Assembly: GCA_905207235.1 (NCBI GenBank) | Contig: CAJLKN010000001.1 | Span: forward strand, 31,302-95,301 | DNA length: 64,000 nt | Source of the DNA: an uncultured Eubacteriales bacterium | GTDB lineage: Bacteria > Bacillota > Clostridia > Christensenellales > Borkfalkiaceae | Direction of reading: 5' to 3' | Shown: piece after piece, positions 45,276 to 55,201 of the stretch | How positions within the stretch are numbered: the stretch's first letter is position 1 | Layout of the letters: the number at the start of each line of letters is the position of its first letter | Program-made: the position numbers and the translations under genes | The notes under the pieces: model-generated | The model's input: only the letters and a program-made list of their open reading frames with translations | Told to the model about the DNA's origin: nothing | The model's database searches: none

Positions 45276-46227
45276 CGAAATCTCCTATGTAAACAACCTC
45301 TTCTTCAAGCCTTATTCCCGTAGCCGCAAAGACCCTGTCGGAAACAATGCGGATGAGCGTTCTCACCTGTTCGGCGGTTGCGCCGTCGTTGATAATAAAA
45401 TTACAGTGCTTATCTGAAACATGCGCGCCCCCGACGCTCAACCCTGAAAGATTACAATCCTGAATAAGTTTCCCCGCGGAAAGCCCCTCGGGATTTTTGA
45501 ACACGCAACCGCAACTTCTGCCCTTCGGATGTCCGCGCCTCAAAGATTTGTAGTAATTTAATCGTTCCTCTGTTTCGGTGCGCGAACTTGTCGAAACTGA
45601 CAAATATGTACCTAAAATAAGGGCATTTATATCACGCATAGTACTATACTTATAGCCAAATTTGCAGTTTTCGTTGCTTAAACTGAAATTTTTTCCGTCA
45701 TACAGGCTAACGGAGACAACGTTTGAAGATATATATCTTCCCCCCGCGCCGCCGTTCATATAAGTAATTCCGCCGATGGTTGCGGGTATGCCGTAAAGGT
45801 ATTCAAGACCGCCCAAACCATATTTGAGGCAATAGTTGAGAAGATGGGAGACGGGCGTTCCCGCCGCGCAGAACAGTTGATTTTTGCCTGTGCGCATAAT
45901 CCCCCGAAGGCGTCTGGTACAAAGGACTTCCCCTTTGAAAAAGCCGTCAGAAGCGAGAACGTTCGAACCGTTTGCAAAGATAAAAAAATCGCCCGAGCAA
46001 GCCCTTTCAGTTTTGTCATCGCGCGATAAATTTTTACGCATGGCAAGTTCGTCGTAAACTTTGCGAGCTTCGGGAAAATTGCGGGGAAAATAAGCCTTGC
46101 TTACTCCCCCTCCCAGCCCATAAGTTGTATAGTCTGAAAATCTGAAACCGGGCACGGAGCAACTCTCGTAATCTGCGCCGTCAACGACCTTTTTTATGTA
46201 TTTTATTCCACTCTTATATGATAACAT
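45259..46227 (-). CDS. murB: UDP-N-acetylenolpyruvoylglucosamine reductase
   Basis: FAD-binding MurB blocks (TYGLGGG...GIPATIGG) and catalytic C-terminal domain. Confidence 0.8.
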   Translation of the reverse strand: MLSYKSGIKYIKKVVDGADYESCSVPGFRFSDYTTYGLGGGVSKAYFPRNFPEARKVYDELAMRKNLSRDDKTERACSGDFFIFANGSNVLASDGFFKGEVLCTRRLRGIMRTGKNQLFCAAGTPVSHLLNYCLKYGLGGLEYLYGIPATIGGITYMNGGAGGRYISSNVVSVSLYDGKNFSLSNENCKFGYKYSTMRDINALILGTYLSVSTSSRTETEERLNYYKSLRRGHPKGRSCGCVFKNPEGLSAGKLIQDCNLSGLSVGGAHVSDKHCNFIINDGATAEQVRTLIRIVSDRVFAATGIRLEEEVVYIGDFDDFNG

Positions 46228-46246
46228 TTTTACGCCTTTTTTTCAA

Positions 46247-47149
46247 TCACTTTAACAGACTTTTCGCCAAATTTATGTCGCACCCATTCGCGGCATCTTT
46301 CAACCTTTTTATATAATCTTCCCCGACAAAAGTATTCAGTATGTACTGATAATCTGCCGAAGCGACAATCTGCATTGCGCCCGTATAATTTGTAGAGGAC
46401 GATATCATGCCTATTTTATCGAGGTCGTCGTTATGAGAAAGAAGGTAATTTACAAACTTTACCGCGCTGTCGTAATCTTCTCCGTTGCAGAGCACGGAGA
46501 TATTCTGATACAGATCGTTGAACGAAGTTATTGCCTTTACGCTGAAAGTTTCGCCGCGGGTCTGCAACCTGTAAATATCGCGTTGTGTACCGAGCAGATA
46601 TTTATATTTTCCGCCTATAAGTTTCAGGTATGCCGACGTCGAATTCAGCTTTTCAGCCCCGTTTAACCCTTCAAACATAGCCGCAAGCGCTGACAGATTG
46701 TCTTTACCTTCGTTAATTACTGTATTATGCGCATTGACGTCGGAAAAATCGGCATTATCTCCCAAAGCGAGCAGGCAATAGCCGCCCCTGCACCAACTCA
46801 CAGATTGGAAAGAGGGATTTATGTACTGTTCCAGACCGTAAAACCCCGCAGCATATGAAATAATGTCGGGCAATGTTCCCGCGGACATATTTTTTCTGGC
46901 GGCCTCCGCCGATAATGAAGTAACGCGCACGTAAACAGGCGACCCGTCAAAGCATTCGTCGGCTTTATCCTGCAAATACTGGGCGCGCGAGCCTTTTCCT
47001 CCCTCAAACCCGTCAATCTGCCATAAAGTCAGCACTCGCATGGTATTTTCTTCCTCTCCTTTGCCGACTGAACACATGCACAAAACGGGAGCAATTATAC
47101 ATATTGCCGCCATCAGAGCGACTAAAAATATGCGTTTTTTTGCGAACAT
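46247..47149 (-). CDS. putative lipoprotein / secreted protein of unknown function
   Basis: Signal peptide MFAKKRIFLVALMAAICIIAPVLCMC with a lipobox-like Cys. 300 aa. Confidence 0.5.
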   Translation of the reverse strand: MFAKKRIFLVALMAAICIIAPVLCMCSVGKGEEENTMRVLTLWQIDGFEGGKGSRAQYLQDKADECFDGSPVYVRVTSLSAEAARKNMSAGTLPDIISYAAGFYGLEQYINPSFQSVSWCRGGYCLLALGDNADFSDVNAHNTVINEGKDNLSALAAMFEGLNGAEKLNSTSAYLKLIGGKYKYLLGTQRDIYRLQTRGETFSVKAITSFNDLYQNISVLCNGEDYDSAVKFVNYLLSHNDDLDKIGMISSSTNYTGAMQIVASADYQYILNTFVGEDYIKRLKDAANGCDINLAKSLLK

Positions 47150-47187
47150 ATATTATAATATTAATTTCTGTACTTAAAAATACATAA

Positions 47188-47214
47188 GGGATTACCCGTT
47201 GCGGGTAATCCCTT
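47188..47214. terminator. hairpin (GGGATTACCCG-ttgc-GGGTAATCCC) with U-rich tail on minus transcript, 35 nt upstream of the lipoprotein start
   Basis: Perfect 11-bp stem. It is either the terminator of an unannotated minus-strand transcript from the 47250-47550 island or a leader attenuator. Confidence 0.5.
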
Positions 47215-47556
47215 TGTTTATCCGTCTGAACTGTGTGCGTTCAGAGAGATAAACTATATTCAAAGCGCTTGCGCTTGTAAAATTAATTTGAGCAATGCCG
47301 TTACATTTATTCGGCTTGCACTAAAAATTCTGAATTTCTTTCGTGTTTGTCTCTTTAACAAAAGTTTGCGCGTTGATTGCTTTGTTTATCTTCATTACGC
47401 AATGACTTATGACCGCGCGCAACAAACGATAGCTTTATGAACTTTTTCTCTAATACAATAAAGCCTTTTTGCTTACTATAATGAAAAACGACGCTCAAAA
47501 GCAAGTTTTCTAGCCCATTTAGCTTTATGCAATAATAAGGCTCGCATAAAAAAAAC

Positions 47557-47578
47557 CGCAACCTGTGCGGTTGCGGTA
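47557..47578. terminator. strong terminator (ACCGCAACC-tgtgc-GGTTGCGGT + T8 on minus transcript) after yebC
   Basis: Perfect 9-bp GC stem immediately after the yebC stop. Confidence 0.8.
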
Positions 47579-47591
47579 TGACTATTTAAAA

Positions 47592-48332
47592 TCAGTCTTC
47601 ATCTTCCTCAACGGGAAGTTCTACGTTATGATAAACGTTCTGCACATCGTCGAGCTCTTCGAGTTTATCTATCATCTTGACGAAAGTTGCAAGTTTATCA
47701 TCGGGAAGGGTAATTGTGTTCTGGGGAACCATCTTGATTTCGGCTTCGAGGAAGGTTACGCCCTTATCCTCGAAATACTTGCGTACGGAAGAAAAGGCTT
47801 CGGGAGTTGTATAAACTTCATATACGTCCTCCTGAACGACGTAGTCCTCCGCCTCGGCTTCGAGGCAGTACTCCATCATCTTGTCTTCGTCGAGCGCAAC
47901 AGTCCTTTCTATGACGATTACACCCTTATTGTCGAACTGATAGCTGACGCAGCCGGGTTTGCCCATCTGACCGCCGCACCTCGACATCGTGGAAGATATG
48001 TCGCCCGAAGTACGGTTTACGTTGTCGGTAAGAGTTTTGATTATTACCGCAGAACCTGCAACGCCGTAGCCTTCGTAGGTGAGCTCCTTATAATCTTTGC
48101 CGGAAAGTTCGCCTGCCGCCTTCGCAATCGAACGTTTGATGTTATCGTTGGGCATGTTTGCGGCCTTAGCTTTTGCTATTACGTCCGCGAGCTTGGAGTT
48201 TGTATCGGGATTGGGATTGCCCTTTGCGGCAACGGCAAGCTCTCTGCCAATTTTAGTGAATATTGCGCCGCGCGCAGCATCTGTCTTGCTCTTCTTCGCG
48301 GCTATGTTGTGCCATTTGGAATGTCCTGACAT
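47592..48332 (-). CDS. yebC: YebC/PmpR-family DNA-binding transcriptional regulator
   Basis: Begins MSGHSKWHNI, hallmark N-terminus of the family. Confidence 0.85.
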   Translation of the reverse strand: MSGHSKWHNIAAKKSKTDAARGAIFTKIGRELAVAAKGNPNPDTNSKLADVIAKAKAANMPNDNIKRSIAKAAGELSGKDYKELTYEGYGVAGSAVIIKTLTDNVNRTSGDISSTMSRCGGQMGKPGCVSYQFDNKGVIVIERTVALDEDKMMEYCLEAEAEDYVVQEDVYEVYTTPEAFSSVRKYFEDKGVTFLEAEIKMVPQNTITLPDDKLATFVKMIDKLEELDDVQNVYHNVELPVEEDED

Positions 48333-48333
48333 A

Positions 48334-49068
48334 TTAATCCTCTTTTATATTATTTTTAAGCGCGTACATCGCGATTGCCGCGGAAATTGCCGCATTGAGA
48401 CTTTCGCAACTTGCGCGCATGGGTATGCTGACGGTATAACTGCCCGCGCATGCAATTCTATCCGAAATTCCGCCGCCCTCGTTGCCTATGCACAGGCAGA
48501 ATTTTTTTGGCGGAACGAATGAAAAAATGTTCTCGCCCTGCATGTCCGCCGTTATAAGCGGCACTTCCGACAGAGCGGAGAGCACCTCATCCGCGCTCCC
48601 TTCGTGAATTTTTACGAAGAAAATTCCGCTCATGCTCGACCTTACGACTTTGGGCGAAAACGCATCGGCGCAATTTATAAGATAAATGTCGTCGTAACCC
48701 GCCGCGTTTGCCGTGCGGATTATAGTGCCCACGTTGCCGGGGTCCTGAAGCCGGTCCAAAAGAATGCACCTGCCCTTTGGCGGTTCAACGCGCGTATCGG
48801 GCAGCTTTACCGAGGCAAGAACGCCCTGCGGAGTTTTTTCCGAAGAAATATACGAAAAGACTTCGCGCGAAACGACGACGGCGTTTTCAAACGCCCCGGC
48901 GTGTTCCTCCGTGCAGACGACAGCTGTAATTTCTCCGCCCGACGCTATGCACTCGCGCACAGGTTTAAGCCCTTCGACGAGGTATTCGCCGCAGAGCTTT
49001 CTGTACTTTTTTTCTGAAAGCGATGCTATTTTTTTTATGAGCGGATTGCTTCGCGAGGTTATTACCAT
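48334..49068 (-). CDS. TrmH/SpoU-family RNA 2'-O-methyltransferase
   Basis: SPOUT motifs (LLDRLQDPGNVGTIIRTANAAG; CIGNEGGGIS). Start uncertain: TTG at 49101, or ATG at 49068/49062. Confidence 0.7.
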   Translation of the reverse strand: MVITSRSNPLIKKIASLSEKKYRKLCGEYLVEGLKPVRECIASGGEITAVVCTEEHAGAFENAVVVSREVFSYISSEKTPQGVLASVKLPDTRVEPPKGRCILLDRLQDPGNVGTIIRTANAAGYDDIYLINCADAFSPKVVRSSMSGIFFVKIHEGSADEVLSALSEVPLITADMQGENIFSFVPPKKFCLCIGNEGGGISDRIACAGSYTVSIPMRASCESLNAAISAAIAMYALKNNIKED

Positions 49069-49122
49069 ATACATTAAACAGGGTAGCTGCCACAAAGTCA
49101 ACTACCCCGAATAAAATCAGAT

Positions 49123-49473
49123 TTAAACAGCTGCCTTTGCTTTTTCGGCAAGCGCTGCGAATGCTGCGGCGTCGTTGACTGCGATATCAGCCAGAACCTT
49201 GCGGTTGAGGTTGATGCCGGCAACCTTGAGACCGTGCATGAATTTTGAATATGAAAGTCCGTTAATTCTTGCTGCTGCGTTTATACGAGCAATCCAGAGC
49301 GAACGCATGTCGCGCTTACGAAGTCTTCTTCCTGCATAAGCATAGTTGAGGGACTTCATTACGGCTTCCCTTGCTATTCTGTAAGACTTGGACTTGCTTC
49401 CGAAATATCCCTTGGAAAGGCGCAATATCTTTCTGCGCTTCTTTAAAGCGTTTACAGTTCTCTTAATACGCAT
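49123..49473 (-). CDS. rplT: 50S ribosomal protein L20
   Basis: Begins [18 protein letters not shown]20 signature. Confidence 0.95.
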   Translation of the reverse strand: MRIKRTVNALKKRRKILRLSKGYFGSKSKSYRIAREAVMKSLNYAYAGRRLRKRDMRSLWIARINAAARINGLSYSKFMHGLKVAGINLNRKVLADIAVNDAAAFAALAEKAKAAV

Positions 49474-49488
49474 ATCCCTTGTCCTCCT

Positions 49489-49689
49489 TTATGCCTTGTA
49501 AGGAATCATGTTCTTTACGGTTGATTCCTGCGTGGTGGAAACGAGCGTGTTCTGGCGCAGGTTTCTCTTTCTCTTTCTGTTCTTAGTTTCCGCTTTATGG
49601 TTCTTGCCGCCGTGAGGTCTCTTCACCTTGCCGGTGGAAGTGAGCCAGAAGCGCTTTTTCGAACCGCTGTGCGATTTCTGCTTGGGCAT
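49489..49689 (-). CDS. rpmI: 50S ribosomal protein L35
   Basis: Begins MPKQKSHSGSKKRF, L35 signature. Confidence 0.9.
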   Translation of the reverse strand: MPKQKSHSGSKKRFWLTSTGKVKRPHGGKNHKAETKNRKRKRNLRQNTLVSTTQESTVKNMIPYKA

Positions 49690-49741
49690 ATATTTATTCC
49701 TCCTGAAAATTTTACGAATTAAAAATTATTAACCGCCGCCT

Positions 49742-50260
49742 TTACGCTTTTGCGGGCGAGAGCATCATTGTTATGTTTCTGCCCTCGGCAACGGGTTTTT
49801 TATCCTGAACGGCCTTACCGTCGAGCCCGGCAAAAAAGTCTTCCATGACTTTTATCCCCTGATAAGAACGCGAATTTTCGCGGCCCTTCATGCGGATGGA
49901 AACCTTGACTTTATTGCCCTGCTCCAAAAATTTGAGGCACTGCTTGGTCTTTACCGCAATATCGCCTACGTCAATCGTCATCGAAAGTCTTATTTCCTTA
50001 ATTTCGACAACCGTCTGATTTTTGCGGCTCTCTTTGTCCTTTTTTGCCTGCTCGTACTTGAACTTGGAATAGTCCATTATTTTGCATACGGGGGGCACGG
50101 CGTTGGGCGAAATTTTTACGAGGTCGAGGTCGGCGTCTTCCGCCATGCGCAGAGCCTGAATTGCGGGCATTATGCCCACCATGTTGCCGTCTGCTCCGAT
50201 AACCCTGACTTCCTTATCCCTGATTGCCTGATTAACTTGATAAAATTCTTTTTTTTCCAT
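49742..50260 (-). CDS. infC: translation initiation factor IF-3
   Basis: IF3 N- and C-domains. Start trimmed to MEKKEFYQVNQAIRDKEVRVIG, with a weak initiation context as is typical of infC autoregulation. Confidence 0.8.
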   Translation of the reverse strand: MEKKEFYQVNQAIRDKEVRVIGADGNMVGIMPAIQALRMAEDADLDLVKISPNAVPPVCKIMDYSKFKYEQAKKDKESRKNQTVVEIKEIRLSMTIDVGDIAVKTKQCLKFLEQGNKVKVSIRMKGRENSRSYQGIKVMEDFFAGLDGKAVQDKKPVAEGRNITMMLSPAKA

Positions 50261-50286
50261 TGTCCTCAATATCAGATAAAAAATAA

Positions 50287-50312
50287 TCGGGATAAGCAAA
50301 AACTTATCCCGA
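50287..50312. terminator. thrS terminator / infC leader hairpin (TCGGGATAAG-caaaaa-CTTATCCCGA + U-rich tail)
   Basis: 10-bp perfect stem on the minus transcript, between thrS and infC. Confidence 0.6.
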
Positions 50313-50443
50313 CACAATGCACAAACGCACAATTAACGCTTAAACATTATTTGCCTGTACCGCTACGCGTACGGCGAAAGGGAATAACCTTTGCTTACCC
50401 GTATATAATACAGCATTTTCAAGCGGTTGTCAAATAATTTTTA

Positions 50444-52351
50444 TCAGAAAATAATTTTTTCTTTATCTTCTTTGACAACGGTTGCGATAAATTCGTCCTT
50501 GGGCATGGTATATTTTTCCTCCACGCCGCGCTTGTTGACGTTTACGGTGCCCTCTTCCGCTTCCTTGTCGCCGACGACTATCACGTAAGGCACTTTATCC
50601 ATCTTGGCTTCGCGTATCTTATAGCCGATTTTTTCGTTGCGCAAATCGCATTCTGCGCGCAGACCCGCATCTTTGAGCTCGTCGCATACCTTCTTTGCAT
50701 AGTCCGCCGTTCTGTCGGTTATGGAAAGAACTTTTACCTGAACGGGCGCAAGCCATACGGGGAATTTGCCCGCAAAATGCTCTATGAGTATGCCGATAAA
50801 TCTTTCGATTGAACCGAAGATTGCGCGGTGTATCATTATGGGGCGGTGCTTCATGCCGTCTTCGCCGACATATTCGAGCTCGAAGCGCTGGGGCATCTGG
50901 AAGTCGAGCTGTATAGTGCCGCACTGCCACGTTCTGCCTATGCTGTCCTGAAGGTGGAAGTCTATCTTGGGTCCGTAGAACGCGCCGTCGCCTTCGTTAA
51001 TCTCATATTCGAGACCAAGCTCGTCGAGTGCTTTTTTGAGCGCGTCGGTGGCGAGGTTCCATTCCTCCTCCGTGCCCATGCTGTCTTCGGGACGGGTGGA
51101 AAGTTCAACTTTATACTTGAAACCGAACTGCTTATAAATAGTATCCGTAAGTCTTACAACGCCCTTGATTTCGTCGGTTATCTGCTCGGGAAGCATAAAG
51201 ATATGCGCATCGTCCTGCGTGAAGCAGCGCACGCGGAAAAGCCCGTGGAGCTGTCCGCTCTTTTCGTGGCGGTGCACGAGACCCATTTCTGCCATTCTCA
51301 AAGGAAGATCTTTATAGCTGTGGGGCGTAAGTTTGTAAACCAGCATACCGCCGGGGCAGTTCATGGGCTTTACGGCGCAGTCTTCCCCGTCGATTTTGGT
51401 AGTGTACATATTATCCTTGTAGTGCTCCCAGTGTCCAGAATTTTCCCAGAGTGTTCTCGTGAGGATAATGGGCGTCTGAATTTCAACATAGCCTTCCTTG
51501 CGGTGAAGCCCGCGCCAGTAATCGACGAGCGTATTTTTGAGCACCATGCCGTTGGGAAGGAAGAAAGGAAATCCTTTGCCCTCGTTCAGAAGAGCGAAGA
51601 GCTTGAGTTCCTTGCCGAGCTTGATGTGGTCGCGCTTTTTAGCTTCTTCGAGCATTTCGAAGTAAGCCTGCATTTCGTCCTTCTTGGCGAACGCTACGCC
51701 GTAAATGCGCGTGAGCATCTTGTTCTTTTCGTTTCCGCGCCAGTATGCGCCCGCAATAGAAACTAGCTTGAAAGCCTTGATTTTGCCCGTCGAAGGAAGG
51801 TGAGGTCCGCGGCAGAGGTCGGTGAATGCGCCCTGCTTGTAGAATGAAATTACGGCGTCCTCTGGCAGGTCGTTTATGAGCTCCACCTTGTACTTTTCAT
51901 TGTACTTGGTCATAAGCTCGATAGCTTCCGCTCTGGGCAGCTCGAACCTTGTGATGGGCGTGTTGGCCTTTATTATCTTGGACATTTCGGCTTCGATTTT
52001 GACGAAATCTTCCTGCGTGATGGGCGTTTTGAAATCGATGTCGTAATAGAAACCGTTATCTATGACGGGACCTATTGCAAGGTTGCAGGTAGGGAATATG
52101 TTTTTTACCGCCTGCGCCAGAACGTGTGCGCAGGTATGGCGGTAAACTTCAAGCCCCTCCTTGTCTTTGAGCGTTACTATTTCGACTTTATCGCCTTCTT
52201 TAAGCTCCTTTGAAAGGTCGCAAAGAACTCCGTTTACCTTTGCCGCAACCGCGTTGCGGGCAAGCCCTTCGGATATCGCCGAAGCCGCGTCGGCGCAGGT
52301 AGAATTATCTGCGAGATTGAGCTGTTCGTCGTTTTTGAGCAATACTTTCAT
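50444..52351 (-). CDS. thrS: threonine--tRNA ligase
   Basis: 635 aa with TGS, editing, class II catalytic (HRAIFGSIERF) and anticodon-binding domains. Confidence 0.95.
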   Translation of the reverse strand: MKVLLKNDEQLNLADNSTCADAASAISEGLARNAVAAKVNGVLCDLSKELKEGDKVEIVTLKDKEGLEVYRHTCAHVLAQAVKNIFPTCNLAIGPVIDNGFYYDIDFKTPITQEDFVKIEAEMSKIIKANTPITRFELPRAEAIELMTKYNEKYKVELINDLPEDAVISFYKQGAFTDLCRGPHLPSTGKIKAFKLVSIAGAYWRGNEKNKMLTRIYGVAFAKKDEMQAYFEMLEEAKKRDHIKLGKELKLFALLNEGKGFPFFLPNGMVLKNTLVDYWRGLHRKEGYVEIQTPIILTRTLWENSGHWEHYKDNMYTTKIDGEDCAVKPMNCPGGMLVYKLTPHSYKDLPLRMAEMGLVHRHEKSGQLHGLFRVRCFTQDDAHIFMLPEQITDEIKGVVRLTDTIYKQFGFKYKVELSTRPEDSMGTEEEWNLATDALKKALDELGLEYEINEGDGAFYGPKIDFHLQDSIGRTWQCGTIQLDFQMPQRFELEYVGEDGMKHRPIMIHRAIFGSIERFIGILIEHFAGKFPVWLAPVQVKVLSITDRTADYAKKVCDELKDAGLRAECDLRNEKIGYKIREAKMDKVPYVIVVGDKEAEEGTVNVNKRGVEEKYTMPKDEFIATVVKEDKEKIIF

Positions 52352-52653
52352 AAAATTCCTCCTCTGCGGTCTGCCCGCAGCTGCATATTTACGTATAAAA
52401 AAAGTCCTTAAACCGAATTAAATCGGTTTAAGGACGCAAAAAACTGTTTTGCGCGGTTCCACCTTAATTGTCAAAAGACCGCTCTTTGTTGATCCGTATA
52501 TAAAAAGCAGGTGGTTTCCCTTTATCCCGTGATTTGCCCGCCTTGCAGCCGAAGGGCGCGCTCTCTGAAAAATCCCGCGGAGGTACTTGTCCCGCAACAG
52601 ACCGATATATTCAACTGATGGTTATATCTTATAACCTTTCGCCCCTTTTGTCA
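52352..52653 (-). promoter_or_regulatory. T-box riboswitch leader of thrS, including promoter TTGACA-17-TAAGAT (52626-52653), stem I with AGAGA box, conserved T-box sequence (52451-52469) and terminator (52397-52435)
   Basis: Minus-strand RNA contains AAUUAAGGUGGAACCGCGC, matching the T-box consensus AAUUAGGGUGGUACCGCG. It is followed by terminator GUCCUUAAACCG-loop-CGGUUUAAGGAC-U7. An ACC (Thr) triplet in stem I is a specifier candidate. Confidence 0.65.
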
Positions 52654-52684
52654 ACGATTTGCGAGCTATTTGGTTTAAAATTAT

Positions 52685-52713
52685 TTGCCTTTCGCGCAGC
52701 GAATATGTATAAT
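52685..52713 (+). promoter_or_regulatory. sigma-A promoter (TTGCCT-17-TATAAT) for leuS
   Basis: Consensus hexamers about 30 nt upstream of ATG 52744. The short leader implies there is no T-box on leuS. Confidence 0.5.
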
Positions 52714-52743
52714 TATATGGAATATTTATCAAGGAAGACAACT

Positions 52744-55152
52744 ATGGCTTACACCGACTTCAACGCAGTTGAAAAAAAATGGATAGACTACTGGGAGAAG
52801 AACGGCACTTTCCACACGGACCTGCACGACTTTTCCAAACCCAAATATTACGTTCTGGACATGTTCCCCTACCCCTCTGGCGCGGGTCTTCACGTAGGAC
52901 ACCCCGAAGGCTATACGGCGACAGATATAATCGCCAGAATGAAGCGCATGCAGGGTTACAATGTGCTTCACCCCATCGGATTTGACAGCTTCGGTCTGCC
53001 TGCGGAGCAATACGCAATAAAAACGGGACACCACCCCGGCGGCTTCACGCAGGAAAATATCAAAACGTTTACGTCCCAGCTCAAAATGCTCGGACTTTCC
53101 TACGACTGGACGCAGACCGTTTCTACCTGCGACCCCTCTTACTATAAATGGACGCAGTGGATATTCAAGCAGCTCTGCCTTGCAGGACTTGCGCGCTATA
53201 TAGAGACGCCCGTCAACTGGTGCGAGGAGCTGGGCACGGTACTTGCTAACGATGAAATTATCGACGGCAAGAGCGAGCGCGGCGGTTTCCCCGTTGTGCG
53301 CAAAAACATGAAGCAGTGGGTCATAGACATAAACAAATATGCCGAGCGCCTTTTGGAGGGGCTTGACGAACTCGACTGGCCTGAAGCCTCCAAGGTTGCG
53401 CAGCGCAACTGGATAGGCAAATCAGTGGGCGCGGAAGTTATATTCAAAGTTGACGGAAGCGACGAACAGTTTACCGTGTTCACCACCCGCTGCGACACGC
53501 TTTTCGGCGCGACGTACTGCGTTCTTGCGCCCGAACACAAACTTGTGGATAAAATCACAACTCCCGACAGAAAGAAGGAAGTCGAAGAATATAAAAAAAT
53601 CTGCGCTAGCAAATCCGACCTTGAAAGAACTGAACTCAACAAGGACAAGACGGGCGCGTTCACGGGAGCATACGCAATAAACCCCGTAAACGGAAACAAA
53701 ATTCCCGTATGGATTTCCGACTACGTGCTCACCTCCTACGGCACGGGCGCGATTATGGCAGTCCCCGCGCACGACACGCGCGACTATGAATTCGCAAAGA
53801 AATTCTCTCTGCCCATTATTCAGGTTCTCGAGGGCGGCAACATTGAAAAAGAAGCCTGGACACAGGACGGCGTTCACATAAATTCAGGCTTTTTGAACGG
53901 GCTCAACAAGCAGGACGCCATTGACAAAATGGCTGAATGGCTGACCGAGCACAATTGCGGAAAGAAAGCCGTAACTTATAAACTGCGCGAATGGATTTTT
54001 GCCCGCCAGAGATACTGGGGCGAACCTCTGCCCGTCATTCACCTTGAAAACGGCGAGGTCGTTCTGCTCGACGACAGTCAGTTACCACTCGTTCTGCCCG
54101 AAATGGACGATTACAAGGCGCACGGCGGAAACGCTCCTCTCGAAAACGCGAAAGACTGGGTGAACGTTACCGTCAACGGCGTAAAGGGCAAGCGCGAAAC
54201 GACTACAATGCCCGGTTCGGCCGGCTCGAGCTGGTATTTCCTCCGCTACTGCGACCCTCACAACGACGAAAAATTTGCCGATTACGAACTGCTTAAACAC
54301 TGGATGCCCGTTGACTTCTACTGCGGCGGCAAGGAGCACCTTGTGGGGCACCTGCTCTATTCGAGGTTCTGGAACAACTTCCTCTACGACAAAGGCTACG
54401 TCCCCTACAAAGAACCCTTCAAGAAGCTCTTCCATCAGGGCATGATTTTGGGCGAGGACGGCGAAAAGATGTCCAAGTCCAAGGGCAACGTCATCAACCC
54501 CAACGACGTCGTGCGCGATTACGGCGCAGACGTTCTGAGAATGTATGAAATGTTCATGGGTCCCGTCGCCGACACAAAGCCCTGGAACACTAAAAACATC
54601 GAGGGCGTAAAGAAGTTTATCGACAGAATTCACAGGCTCTACTTCGAGAGCGGCGCTATATCCGACAAAGCCAATACAAATCTTGAAAAGATTTATAACC
54701 AGACAATCAAAAAGGTTACCGAAGATTACGGCGCGCTCAAGGTAAACACAGCAATTTCGCAGATGATGATTTTCGTCAATGCCATTTACAAGGAAATTGC
54801 CGACGGCAACAGCTTCCCCCGCGAGTACGCAGAAGGGCTTGTAAAACTGCTCAACCCCGTCATTCCCTTCCTTACGGAGGAAATATGGACTGTCGCGCTC
54901 GGACACGAAGGCACTATCGCCTACGAAAAATGGCCAGAAGCCGACGAGAGCAAGTGCGGAGAGGAAACTTTTGAATATGCCGTTCAGGTCAACAGCAAAA
55001 TCAAGACGAAAATTTCTCTCCCCGCGGACCTTTCCCCCGCACTCATCGAAGAGCGCGTGAGGGCAGACGCCGCAATTATGGCGTTCACAGAAGGCAAGCC
55101 CGTCAAAAAATTTATTGTCGTACCCAAACGCCTTATAAATATTATCGTATAA
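52744..55152 (+). CDS. leuS: leucine--tRNA ligase
   Basis: HIGH motif ([16 protein letters not shown]) and KMSKS motif. Start set at [13 protein letters not shown], with AAGGAAG SD. The ORF-track N-terminal extension is rejected. Confidence 0.95.
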   Translation: MAYTDFNAVEKKWIDYWEKNGTFHTDLHDFSKPKYYVLDMFPYPSGAGLHVGHPEGYTATDIIARMKRMQGYNVLHPIGFDSFGLPAEQYAIKTGHHPGGFTQENIKTFTSQLKMLGLSYDWTQTVSTCDPSYYKWTQWIFKQLCLAGLARYIETPVNWCEELGTVLANDEIIDGKSERGGFPVVRKNMKQWVIDINKYAERLLEGLDELDWPEASKVAQRNWIGKSVGAEVIFKVDGSDEQFTVFTTRCDTLFGATYCVLAPEHKLVDKITTPDRKKEVEEYKKICASKSDLERTELNKDKTGAFTGAYAINPVNGNKIPVWISDYVLTSYGTGAIMAVPAHDTRDYEFAKKFSLPIIQVLEGGNIEKEAWTQDGVHINSGFLNGLNKQDAIDKMAEWLTEHNCGKKAVTYKLREWIFARQRYWGEPLPVIHLENGEVVLLDDSQLPLVLPEMDDYKAHGGNAPLENAKDWVNVTVNGVKGKRETTTMPGSAGSSWYFLRYCDPHNDEKFADYELLKHWMPVDFYCGGKEHLVGHLLYSRFWNNFLYDKGYVPYKEPFKKLFHQGMILGEDGEKMSKSKGNVINPNDVVRDYGADVLRMYEMFMGPVADTKPWNTKNIEGVKKFIDRIHRLYFESGAISDKANTNLEKIYNQTIKKVTEDYGALKVNTAISQMMIFVNAIYKEIADGNSFPREYAEGLVKLLNPVIPFLTEEIWTVALGHEGTIAYEKWPEADESKCGEETFEYAVQVNSKIKTKISLPADLSPALIEERVRADAAIMAFTEGKPVKKFIVVPKRLINIIV

Positions 55153-55167
55153 AAAATATAAAGGCGC

Positions 55168-55193
55168 CGCTGCATGCGCAGCGGCGCCTTGTC
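55168..55193. terminator. bidirectional terminator (AAGGCGCCGCTGC-atgc-GCAGCGGCGCCTT)
   Basis: Perfect 13-bp GC stem between convergent leuS and lysR, with an A-run and a T-run on the flanks. Confidence 0.8.
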
Positions 55194-55201
55194 TATTTTA
55201 T

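Noticed and set aside
47355-47561. 68-aa ORF in the 47150..47590 island
   Set aside because: Its ATG is embedded in the yebC terminator stem and there is no SD. It is more likely non-coding.
52534-52743. N-terminal 70-aa extension of the leuS ORF (MPALQPKG...)
   Set aside because: The extension reads through the thrS T-box leader and promoter on the opposite strand. LeuS homology begins at MAYTDF (ATG 52744), which has its own SD and promoter.
52560-52743. Possible T-box leader for leuS
   Set aside because: A consensus sigma-A promoter sits only about 30 nt upstream of the leuS ATG. No T-box consensus or terminator was found on the plus strand.
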